64,000 nt of DNA from Podarcis tiliguerta (taxonomy: Eukaryota). The notes below the pieces were generated by a model. That model worked only from the letters and a program-made list of their open reading frames with translations, was not told the origin of the DNA and did not search any database. The position numbers were made by a program, and so were the translations under genes. Below, piece by piece: positions 11,658 to 23,417 of the stretch (positions within the stretch are counted from its first letter, which is position 1; each line of letters opens with the position of its first letter). The stretch lies in NCBI GenBank assembly GCA_965153285.1, contig OZ229115.1; one strand, written 5' to 3'.

Positions 11658-13710
11658 TGTGGCCCTTGGGTGTCCGAGTGTAGAGTCTGCTTTCAACACC
11701 AGTGATCTTACACTCAAGCTAAAGTTAGAAAGAAACATAATATGAAAGTTAATTATCCAGTGGTGGGGAGGGTAGAAATCCAAAACCTCACTAGTGCAAG
11801 ATGCATAATGGATTCTGAATAGGGTTGCCAGGTCAGGAGCATCCCAGACCCTTAGGATGGCCCCCAGTGATGTCACAAGGTGGGCCCTGGAGATGGAAGT
11901 TAATTGGGAGAAGGGAGAAGAAAAGGGCAGACCCCTCAGAACATTTATGTTATAATTTGTCGCCAGCTGTTGCTGGGCTGAAGCTTGCAAGCTACATGCA
12001 CATTCGTCTTCTTTTTCTGCTTCAATACTTTATTATGAAGTTAAAACAATCCAGTAAGAAATATGAAATAAAAAAAAGAAAAAAAAGAGAGGAAAGTACA
12101 AACCCTTGACCATAAAAAAATCAAGCTTCACAGCCAGTACATCATAAAACAAGGTACATTCTCAAGAGACTGCACATTGAATTACATGTTACAACATAAA
12201 CCAATCTGATACAGGAAGAGTACAAAGGGATTTCTGCCCAAGTAATTTGGGACTGAAGTGTTCAGTCATGAACACTCAGGTTGACAGACTGTGCCTTAGT
12301 AATGAACTGGACCCCCATCATCAAACTGCCGTGAAGCCCCCCTGAAGGACTGGTGCATTACCCAGTTATTCCTATTTATCAAGGTTTAAGGGCTGCACCA
12401 ATTTGGGTTAATTGCCCCCTAGATACTGTCTCACCAATTGGCATTTGCAAGATTACACCAGCATGCAGGAAAAGACTTGAAGAATAAGAGAGTTCCTCAG
12501 GCTTTGTTAATAGCTTATAGAGCATGGAATCAGCTAGGAACCTCTCATGAATATTATTAGGTTTTGTTTTTCTTTACTTGCAGAGCTAAAAAAAGTTGGA
12601 AGGTAAGGAAGCAATGGGGAGCGAGGGGGCACCAATGTGACCCCCATGGGCACCCATGCGTCTGCAGATGCCTCCACAGGGTCCCCTATGAAAGAAGAGT
12701 TATTGAAAGAAGAGTTCTGTTGTATCCAATAGAATAGGTGGCAGTGTGGGCTTGGTGGTGGTACATGTGGGAGTGCCCACCATGGGTTTTATTTGATAAA
12801 TCTTGGTTGTGTTATTCAGATCTGTTGCTTTCTGATTCATTACTTTCAGTGATGATACCTTTATTCTCTTCCAGTAGACTTCCTCAATTGCAGTCCTAGT
12901 TGAGGGGCTGTACATAGTTAAAGAAGGGCGTCTGACAAAGGGCATTTCAAACATAGGTTGAACACAGGGCTGAATGAAGCTGAGATGACATAATAAACGT
13001 ATTTATTTGGGAGCAAGTTCCATTGAATCCAGTGGGCCTTACATAGCATCACACTGTCATCATGCTGTTAAGTAGGGCAGGCTATTCTCAAAAGGGGGGT
13101 GGCACACAAGAGGGACAGAAATGTGCTTGTTGAAACATTAAACAACCATGATAATGTATCCATTGATTTATGCCTGTTGGAAAGGAGATCCCATTGATTT
13201 CCCCTTCTCTAGAAGTGGCTTACCTGGTGAGGTGGAACATGCAGTGCATGCTTCCTGGCAGGTGAGTTGCTGCTGCTTACTGGGAATGACCAGGCAGTGG
13301 GCATGTTGCCATGGCACAGGTGCACCAGTGGAAGTGCCGGATTGACTCCACTGGTGCACCAGTGCATCCTCTCTCTTCCTTTGCCCATCTTTTTCCCGGT
13401 AATTGACAGCCACACACCTGCCAGAAGCTAGTGTTGCGGCTCTGCCTCATTAGGCAAGCCACTTCTGCCTCTCTCTCTCTTAGCCCATGATATCAGAGCA
13501 AAGACTAATAAGGAAGCATTTGGATTCTTGATGCAGCCCACACTGTGGTTGATAGGTGTAGAGAATCTTCATTATTGCCCAGAAAGCCCAGTCCCATTTC
13601 TGGGTGTTTGCCTACTAGAGAAAAGAGTGAGTGGAGTGCTCTGATATATTGTATAGCTGTTCTTCTGTGTAAAAGTCTTCTGAGCAGGACTCAAACAAGG
13701 TAGCGAGGTA

Positions 13711-14036
13711 AAAAGGAGGACAGAGGTCACGTACCATTTTTGTAGTTGAAGGGGCAATTGATTCACTCAAGTGCAAATCAAGAGCTCAAGGATAGCCAAT
13801 CAAATGCAAAAAGCAATTGCAAAAGAAGTCTGAAAAATCCTGGGATAAAGGGGCAGAAGAAGTGAAATAACTACACGTTGGTGAGTGTGTGATGATCATG
13901 ACTCATGAGCAGCAAGAAGCAGTGATACTGCAAAACAACCACCCAACTAAACAAAAAACCCTAGTGTGGATCAGGCACTGCTGAAATTCCCTCTCTTACA
14001 CAACTTTGTAAGGTACGTGACCTCTGTCCTCCTTTT
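13711..14036. repeat. Perfect 25-bp inverted repeat pair (probable transposon termini)
   Basis: aaaaggaggacagaggtcacgtacc (13711-13735) is the exact reverse complement of 14012-14036. Confidence 0.85.
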
Positions 14037-16514
14037 CCCTGGAATGCTCAAAATCCAACTGAGTGTATCCCAAGCTTGGAAAACACAGCAGTAAATGTTC
14101 AATAAAACTGGAGTCCATTCTTGTCGCATTCACTCTTAGTTTTCAATCAGTCATAGTCTACTCTCTCATTAACTTTTGTAGCAAAGTCCTTCCCAAATTT
14201 ACTATCTGCACTTCCATTTTATTGAACTGCCACTGTAGCTCTCTGAAAAGAAGAGCTACAATGTTTTTTTTAGGGCATTCTACCCAATTATTTGTGCTGA
14301 GGAGAACAGAAGTAGTGGAGGGAGAACCATAACCATTGCCATTAGTAGCCATCAGTAGCCCTCTCCCTCCATGAATTTGTCTAATCTTCTCTTGAAGTCA
14401 CCCAAGTGGTGGTCTTCGACTGCATCCTGTGGCATCAAGTTCCATAGTTTGTGTGTGGAAAAGTGCTTTCTTTTTCTCCATTCTGAATCTTCCAATGTTC
14501 AGCTTCATTGGATTGCCTTGAATTTTACTATTATGAGAGAATCTGAGAAAATGAATGATGGTGTCATGCGTATTATAAAAGCTTTCTGAGATGGAACAGC
14601 AAGCCAGTAAAAGATTGTGCCTCTGTGTTTTTCTTGAAGTCTGTTCCATTGTCTCTGGGTACATGCTTGAGTGCAGAAAGAAACGAGTACAGTATATGAG
14701 TCTGAGAGGTTCAGGATCTCAGGATAATACTTGCCAGAAGAACATTGTGTTCTTCAATGCACTGAGCACCGAGTCACAAAAATAATCACCTGCACTGCTA
14801 TCCTAACCATATTTGCATTGTTTGCAAACAGGACTGTCGTAGTAAGGTCTGCTTCTGTGCTTAGTTGTTCTGGTGTGGTGCAGTATTGCTGCAACCAACT
14901 AATGCCTGCCTTCATTCCTGCAGCTGGATCCTATGTAAGTTTACTTGGAAGTATTTCCCACTGAGTTCAGTGCAGGTAAGATTGCTGCTTTACTTAGATA
15001 AACATCATTGTGAGGTTGCTGCAAGAAACAGGTAAGTAAATTTGGCTCACCAAGGGTGGCATATTTTCTCACCTTAAGAGCACAGATTAAGACAGGGTTC
15101 TCATCCCAGTTTATGGCTGCAACCACAAGGGTGGTCACTGGGCTAATAATAATAATAATAATAATGCCTCACCCATCTGGTTGGGTTTCCCTAGCTGCTC
15201 TGGGTGGCTTCCAGCACATATGGAAACATAATAAACATCAGACATTCAAAACTTCCCTGATACAGGGCTGCCTTTAGAATATGTGTACTAGCTGCAGATG
15301 CAGTCACAATGAAAAATATTATACAAGTCATCAAAACAAAATGATTCAGTGTTTGTGTTTAAAGTAGTTTATGATCAGGTTTGAGCAACTGTGGCTACAA
15401 TGTTGGTGAGGTGGGCAAACTTCTTTTTGTTTGGTTGATTATATGTTTCATGTGGTCACAAGATACAGAAAACTCCCTTATACTGAGTCAGACAGATCAG
15501 TGCATCTGGCTCAGTATTTGTTCACTCAGCTAGCAGACGCTCCAGCGTTTCAGGGAGGGGTCTCCTAATCTGGAGAAGCCAGGAATTGAACCAGGTGCCT
15601 TCTGCATATCTTTCTAAAGAAGCTAGATGAAGGGTCAGCAACATACTGCCTTCCAGAAGTTGCCCCTCGCAGTGGCCTCCCATCATCCCTGACCATCCCT
15701 GGAGTCCAAAGACATTTTCGCAGTGCAGATGAACAATTGGCTCACACTTTGAGGACCGCTTTTGATTTCAAACCACAGGATGAGGGAAGCAACATAACAA
15801 GCCAGTATTTTATCACTGGAAATAAACCATGGAAAAATCCACACCCTATTTAGCCTTCATATTTATCAGATGGTTTACATCTCCATGAAAGCCAGTATAT
15901 ATATACCAATCAAAACCTGATTGTGTTGAGTACTCAGTTTAGTGCTGGACCAGCGGTATAATGCAGGTGACTGCTGAATTTAGGGAGCTGCTCAATAGAA
16001 GGTCCTGCCAGCTGCATCCTCTTTCTGATGTGCGCATGGGCTGGTTGTTTGGAAGAGGCTTGTCTCATTGCTGAGCACAAGTTCCCAGGACTGGGATAAA
16101 TGGCACAGCTCCTTATCAGCCACCTTTGCGAACAAAGGCCCGTGGTGAGGAAAGTGTCCTTCCATAATCTTTATAGCTGCAATAGGACCTGGAGCTGCTC
16201 ATGTCTGCAGACACATGAGCGGAGAGCGAGCACTTAGCTGGCTGCTGATCTGTTGTTTCATTAAGGATTTTGTGTTGTAAAGTTATATGGCCCAGCCGAG
16301 CTCCTTACTGATCTTTAGTGTTTGTAAACATTCCATAGTCTTTAGTGTAGTCCTGGTGACGTGGGGCATCCTGGTCAGGCCATCAGCCACCTTAAAGAGA
16401 CATTGACAAGCATATGAGCCATGCCATGCCTTTGCTTACAGTTACAGTTACAGTTACACCATGGTATTCAGTTCTCACCAGGAAGGCGTTTTTTAAGGCA
16501 GGCTCAGGGGCAGA

Positions 16515-16861
16515 TGTGGGTGGCGCTGTGGGTTAAACCACAGAGCCTAGGACTTGCCAATCAGAAGGTCGGCGGTTCGAATCCCCGCGACGGGGTGAGC
16601 TCCCGTTGCTCGGTCCCTGCTCCTGCCAACCTTGCAGTTCGAAAGCACGTCAAAGTGCAAGTAGATAAATAGGTACCGCTCCAGCGGGAAGGTAAACAGC
16701 GTTTCCGTGTGCTGCTCTGGTTCGCCAGAAGCGGCTTAGCCATGCTGGCCACATGACCTGGAAGCTGTACGCCGGCTCCCTCGGCCAATAAAGCGAGATG
16801 AGCGCCACAACCCCAGAGTCGGTCACGACTGGACCTAACGGTCAGGGTCCCTTTACCTTTA
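16515..16861 (+). mobile_element. Sauria SINE with 10-bp TSD
   Basis: Near full-length body and (ACCTTT)n tail; TSD caggggcaga at 16505-16514 and 16862-16871. Confidence 0.93.
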
Positions 16862-17626
16862 CAGGGGCAGAAGCCCTGTCAAGCAAGTGCAAGGTTACCT
16901 TCAGATGATTGGTTTGGGGTCCCTCTATTCTAGAGGAATCCTTTCCCAGTTTGTGTCAGAGTCCGTAGTCAAATACCCAAGGCTCTGCAGGTGCTCATGC
17001 AGGACAAGAGGGAAGCTGTGGACAAAGGATTCCAATAGCAGAAGGATGGAGTGGGACAACCTAGGAGTATTGGTCAGGAATGTGGAAAGAATTGCAGTGA
17101 GCAGAAGTCCCAAAAAGCTGTTGTTTCTCTTGGCCAGATTGAAGTAGGAATTTCAGTAGGGAAGATTCCTCAAAAACAATTACCGTATTTATGGAGGCTG
17201 CAAAAGAATAGGGAACATGAAGGGCAGAATTTCCTATCTTGTCAGTGCAAGGATTTCTGTTTGTTCAGGGGGAGTTTCTCTTCTACCACTATGCATGCAA
17301 CCTCCCCAAATCTGCTCCAAGAGGGATGGGGGAACCTCTAGAACAGGTTTGGGGGGATGTTCAGGGGGAGGATATCCCATTCTGCAGGCAGAAATCCTTG
17401 CCCTCTTAGTGCTACATTGGATACATCCTGAAATCAAGAATGCAGTGCTTTTGTTTGCCGAGCCTCAGAATATTTCCTTGTGGGATTTTCAAAGGGGAGA
17501 GCCATGGCTCAGTGGCAGAACACACATTTTGCATGCAAAAGGTCCATTATTGGCATCTCCAAGTATAGCTGGGAGAGTCACCCATTTGAAATCCTGATGT
17601 GTCACTGCTGATCCGTGTAGACAATA

Positions 17627-17886
17627 CAGTGGTACCTCGGGATGCGAACGGGATCCATTCTGGAGCCCCGTTCGCATCCTGAACACAACGTAAGCCGCAA
17701 TGGCACATCTGTGTGTGCGTGGGTCGTGTTTTGCCACTTCCGCACATGTGCATGGCGTCATTTTGAGCATCTGTGCATGCGCGAGCACCGAATCCCGGAA
17801 GTAATGCACTCCGTTACTTCCGGGTTGCCACGGAGCGCAACTCGAACGCACACAACCCGAAGCACATTCAACCCGAGGTATGACTG
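17627..17886. mobile_element. pogo/Tigger-like MITE
   Basis: TA|CAGTGGTACCTCGGG...CCCGAGGTATGACTG|TA. Confidence 0.88.
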
Positions 17887-17902
17887 TACTGAGCTGGATG
17901 GA

Positions 17903-18860
17903 TCTCCCCAACCCCCCCATAACATTTTATTAATTTGTCAACAATAGCAAAAATACTGTAAAAGAAACAACAATAACAAATCAAAACAGTTTGACTTCCC
18001 CCTATTCCCTTTCTTGGTTTCATTGTATATCAACGTGCTGCATGTCCATTGTGAAATTTTAACCATTTGAATTACTTATTATCCATTCATAATAATCGTA
18101 AAGTAATCTTAAAACCCTGCTAATGTATTAACCTGTGTACATTGCTTCTGTATATATGCAATAAAGTCCTTCATTCTTCCTTAAATTCGTTGTTGTCTCT
18201 TCCTCTTAATTTCATTGTCAATTTTGCCATTTCAGCATATTCTGTTAATTTAACTTGCCAATCTTCTGTAGCTTGGGACACTTTCTTTTTTCCAATGTTG
18301 TGCTAATAATGTTCATATGGCTGTAGTTGCATACATAAACAAATTCTTTCATGATCTTGGTAAATCCACTCCTCTAATGCCTAGTAGGAAAGCTTCTGGG
18401 TTTTTTTAACAAAGGTTATTTTAAACATCTTTTTCATTTCATTATAAATCATTTCCCAATATTAACAATTTTACAGTCTCACCACATATGAAAAAATGTC
18501 CCTTCTGTTGCTTTACATTTCCAACTCTTGCTTTCTTTAGTTTTGTACATTTTTGCTAATTTGACAAGAGTTAGATACCATCTGTACATCATTTTCATAT
18601 AATTTTCTTTAATTGCCACAGATGCATGGATTTCATCTCATTCTTCCATAGTTTTTCCCATTCCTCCATCTGGATATTGTGTCCCACACCTTCTGCCCAT
18701 TTAATCATGACTGATTTAACCTGTTCATCTTTCGTTTCCCATTCCAGCAACAGATTGTACATTTTTGATATTTGTTTCTTATCATTTTCTATTATTTCTC
18801 TCTGAAAGGTTGAAATTTCATATTGAAATCCCAACTTTTTATCATTTTTAAGTATTACGT
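17903..18860 (-). mobile_element. 5'-truncated L1-clade LINE (ORF2 C-terminus plus 3' UTR)
   Basis: Degenerate translation ...ISKMYNLLLEW...WEKLWK...MYRWYLT...KCKATEGTFFHMW*DC (L1 Cys-rich domain); 13-bp TSD tgagctggatgga at 17890-17902 and 18861-18873. Confidence 0.85.
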
Positions 18861-18943
18861 TGAGCTGGATGGAGCAATGGTCCAACTCAGTATAAGGCAG
18901 CTTCCTATGTCTTCAGATATGCTTGGTGCCATTCCTGTGCATC

Positions 18944-20141
18944 TCATAGAATCATAGAATCATAGAATCATAGAGTTGGAAGAGACCACAAGGGCCATCG
19001 AGTCCAACCCCCTGCCAAGCAGGAAACACCATCAGAGCACTCCTGACATATGGTTGTCAAGCCTCTGCTTAAAGACCTCCAAAGAAGGAGACTCCACCAC
19101 ACTCCTTGGCAGCAAATTCCACTGTCGAACAGCTCTTACTGTCAGGAAGTTCTTCCTAATGTTTAGGTGGAATCTTCTTTCTTGTAGTTTGGATCCATTG
19201 CTCCGTGTCCGCTTCTCTGGAGCAGCAGAAAACAACCTTTCTCCCTCCTCTATGTGACATCCTTTTATATATTTGAACATGGCTATCATATCACCCCTTA
19301 ACCTCCTCTTCTCCAGGCTAAACATGCCCAGCTCCCTTAGCCGTTCCTCATAAGGCATCGTTTCCAGGCCTTTGACCATTTTGGTTGCCCTCCTCTGGAC
19401 ATGTTCCAGTTTGTCAGTGTCCTTCTTGAACTGTGGTGCCCAGAACTGGACACAGTACTCCAGGTGAGGTCTGACCAGAGCAGAATACAGTGGCACTATA
19501 ACTTCCCTTGATCTAGATGCTATACTCCTATTGATGCAGCCCAGAATTGCATTGGCTTTTTTAGCTGCCGCGTCACACTGTTGGCTCATGTCAAGTTTGT
19601 GGTCAACCAAGACTCCTAGATCCTTTTCACATGTACTGCTCTCAAGCCAGGTGTCACCCATCTTGTATTTGTGCCTCTCATTTTTTTTGCCCAAGTGCAA
19701 TACTTTACATTTCTCCCTGTTAAAATTCATCTTGTTTGTTTTGGCCCAGTTCTCTAATCTGTCAAGGTCATTTTGAAGTGTGATCCTGTCCTCTGGGGTG
19801 TTAGCCACCCCTCCCAGTTTGGTGTCATCTGCAAATTTGATCAGGATGCCCTTGAGTCCATCATCCAAGTCGTTGATAAAGATGTTGAATAAGACCGGGC
19901 CCAAGACAGAACCCTGTGGCACCCCACTAGTCACTCTTCTCCAGGATGAAGAGGAACCATTGATGAGCACCCTTTGGGTCCGGTCAGTCAGCCAGTTACA
20001 AATCCATTGAGTGGTAGCAGAGTCAAGACCGCATTTTACCAGCTTCTTTACAAGAATATCATGGGGCACCTTGTCAAATGCCTTGCTGAAATCAAGGTAG
20101 ACTACATCCACTGCGTTCCCTTCATCTACCAGGCTTGTAAT
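18944..20141 (-). mobile_element. CR1 LINE, 5'-truncated, with uninterrupted RT/C-terminal reading frame
   Basis: ORF 19032-20171 contains [41 protein letters not shown] and [13 protein letters not shown]; (ATTCTATG)n tail. Confidence 0.96.
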
Positions 20142-20475
20142 TCTCGTAAGATCACATTGTTGGGGGCACACATCGTGTCTAGCAGCTCTTTCAGCCAGAC
20201 AGCAACACTTTCCAAATATTGCACAGTGTTATTTTTACCCTTGTCTATTGACAAGGCACAAGAGACCATTGCCACATCTCCCAGTTCCACATGGTTTCAG
20301 TATGGGCAAAGGTCAGCAGTACGTGGACTTTGGTTCCTGAAGGATAAATGACTTGCTGGTTACTAGCATGGAACAGAGATTACATAACACAGGTGGCTGA
20401 TGCTGCAGACAAAAAATGACTGCGTTCAGAGGAGATGGGAAAAGAAAAGGACTCTGGTTATTCTGATGGTTATTG

Positions 20476-21195
20476 TAGGGTTACCAGACATCCCCGGTTC
20501 CCAGGGACATTCCCTGGATTTGCAATCTGTCCCCAGACAAATTCTGTCTCCAGAATGTCCCCAGATTTGCAAATCTGTCCCCAGGAAAAGTGGCGGCAGC
20601 AGCCTCAGCAGCCCAGAGCCAGCCTGGTAGTGCAGTTGGCTCTGGATGGCTTCAGGACCTGCTTGCTGCCGCCGCCACTGCCAAAGGGGAACCAGGGATG
20701 TCCGGCGGTACAGATCTCCTGCCCACTTCCCCCTTTGTTTTGACAGATTGGGGGATGCTCGGGATCGCGAGTGGGTGGCCGTTGCCCAGGAGGGGTGCAA
20801 AGCACACAGTTTCTCTGCCAGGCAAGGTGCAAAGCCCTTCTTTCACACCCTGTGAAACATAAATGAGCAGAGTTTTTAAAAACTGGGCAATGGCTGCCCA
20901 CCCGCAACTCCTGAGCCTCCCCCGATCAGTCAAAACAAACGGGGGGAGAGGGGAGGATATCAGGGGAGGCTCAGGAGTCACTGGTGGGTGGCACACCGTT
21001 GCTGTTTTTTAAAAACTCTGTGCATTTCACAGGGTACGAAAAAAGGGCTTTGCACCTTTGTACAATATGCATGTGTGCTTGGGCCCAGGGTCTTTTGCCT
21101 CACCATCCCCACTACTGACTCCCTATTGCTACTCAGCTTCAAAAGGAAAAAAAAAAAGTGTCCCGGGATTCATTGAAAAAAACCTGGTAACTATA
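20476..21195. mobile_element. hAT-family non-autonomous DNA transposon
   Basis: TIRs TAGGGTTACCAG / CTGGTAACTATA and 8-bp TSD ggttattg at 20468-20475 and 21196-21203; internal inverted duplications. Confidence 0.88.
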
Positions 21196-22773
21196 GGTTA
21201 TTGGGAGGGTGGACACCTAGTTCAGGGATTCTGTTTTAACCAGCCAGTGCATGCTGATGCCATCCTCCTGCAATTCTGAGGGTCTCTGGTTATCTGTTAG
21301 CTAGCATTTGAAATTCACCAGGCGCCAGGTGCATTTTGCACCTAGCTATCAGCCACTTGTGACCAAGTGAAGATGCCTGGGCATCAGAATGTTGCCCAAT
21401 GTCTTCACTATTTGGAGCTGCATACCTGAGGATCCTTGGATCTGGACTTTTTTCACACACTAGCAACACATCCTGTAGAATTCTATCTGTTATATTTTAT
21501 TATCTGAACAATCAGAATGAATTTCAGGAACCCAAAGGCTGTATTGAAAAATACGACTTTCGAGCCATCTGATCCCAAAATGGCAACTAGGCCATTTGGG
21601 CAACTGTAACTCTGGTTTAAGGAGCCATTTGGCACCTAGTTTATATATCTGAGTTTCTAGCTGCATGTGGATTCTGTTAGATACTCAACCATGCTGACTG
21701 CTGGTACCTCGCTTGCAATCAGTTCCTGCATGTCTTCTTACAGAAATTGAAGATATGGTTGCTTCGCAGCTGTTGAACTTCCTTTCTCTAGAGATCTGAA
21801 AGAAGCTGAAAACTAGCGGGTGTGGGGACACTTGCATATATCTCAACCATCCTTTTTCTTCTGTTGCCCAGTTTTCATTTCTCTCTGAATTCTGTCATCT
21901 TGTTTCCAGTAAATGGAATGTAGTCATTGCAGTAGACATTTAAATTCAGCAATGTCAGCCTTGGCTGTCACTCTGACTGCAATATTGGTCAATAAGCCCA
22001 AACAGGAAACATTCCAGTCGTGTTTGCTTAGGGTAGGGGTTTTGTGTGTGTAAATGTATAGACAAGCTCAGAATGGTGTATCCGTCTAGTCAGATGGGAC
22101 TTTAGCCGTGCAGCAATACATTGGTTGTCATGCAGAGTCCCATATTGCTAGACCATGGTCAGCTGATCTCCAGTAGGCGAGACTTGAGGTCAGTTGTCCA
22201 GTTAAGAGGTTCACATTTTCCCCCAATGCAGATAAGATGAAGTAGCAAGAGAATATTAAAAGAAAATGGGAACACATGGCAACTTGCAGAAGATCACTGC
22301 ATATCCATTGTAAAAATGCGTTAAAAATTGGCCAAACCCGCCCTCAAGAAAACAGCTATTTTCTGTTTTTTGTTTTTGTTTTTAATATTGATTGTGAATT
22401 GCATGGAAATTGCTGAAGGCTAAGGCACACATTTTACAAGCAAACAAACAAATAGTTCTACATTGTTGTAGCCCGGCTTCAGCTGGGGAGGGCGGGATAT
22501 AAATAAAATTTATTATTATTATTATTATAACAAATGAATAAATCTCTATTGCTCAGTTCAGAAGTTTTGCTTCATGATTATCTCCACCAATAATCAAACA
22601 GTTCAGGGCAGAGGAGCCAATGAAACACCTATGATTTCCTCAAGTAGAGATGCCGCCACAAGAGAAAAGGGGTGGGGTGCCCTTAGAGGTTCGCTGCCTT
22701 CTGCATAGAGAGACCTGTATAGAATTGGACTGTTAGCAATTCAGTATATCTACAAAGAACCTGATCATACTGA

Positions 22774-22845
22774 AGTAGCAGTAGCAGTAGCAGTAGTTAT
22801 TATTATGATTATGATTATGATTATGAATATGATTTATTTATTTAC
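22774..22845. repeat. Compound microsatellite (GTAGCA)n-(TTA)n-(TGATTA)n-(TTTA)n
   Basis: Directly visible tandem units. Confidence 0.85.
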
Positions 22846-23185
22846 TAAGTTGTAGAACTGTCTCTTCCCTCATTACACAGCTTTAAGCGAATGCTGAAGA
22901 TGAAGCCCCTTACCCTGGTTTTTGGCATTTAAGATGTACATTTTAAGGACCTGCCCTAGTCCTGTGATTGTAAGTTGTTTAAAACTCTTTTTAATATTGT
23001 CTTTTTAATGTTGTGACCCACCTTGGGACCTTAAGGAGAAGGGTGGATTACTAACAACAACAACAACAACAACAACACTTTCCAAGATAGCATTTGCATC
23101 CTCTTAAATCTTGTACTGAAGAGGCTATATAGATGTTTTGCTTCTAAATAACAATTTTAAAAATCATGTTATTATCTTAGGTACA

Positions 23186-23417
23186 TTCGAAAGCACGTCA
23201 AAGTGCAAGTAGATAAATAGGTACCACTCTGGTGGGAAGGTAAACAGCGTTTCCGTGTGCTGCTCTGGTTCGCCAGAAGCGGCTTAGGCATGCTGGCCAC
23301 ATGACCCAGAAGCTGTACGCCGGCTCCCTCGGCCAGTAAAGCAAGATGAGCGCCACAACCCCAGAGTCAGCCACGACTGGACCTAATGGTCAGGGGTCCC
23401 TTTACCATTACCTTTAC
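23186..23417 (+). mobile_element. Sauria SINE, 5'-truncated
   Basis: Body and tail match 16515-16861 from ttcgaaagcacgtc onward. Confidence 0.9.

Larger units (their letters stand above)
17494..18911 (+). mobile_element. tRNA-derived SINE split by two later insertions
   Basis: Head gggagagccatggctcagtggcag... continues after the MITE as ctgagctggatgga and after the L1 piece as gcaatggtccaactcagtataaggcagcttcctatgt. An uninterrupted relative lies at 58538-58716. Confidence 0.75.

Noticed and set aside
19032-20171. 379-aa reverse-transcriptase ORF as a host gene
   Set aside because: It is a 5'-truncated CR1 ORF2; the apparent start lies in flanking DNA.
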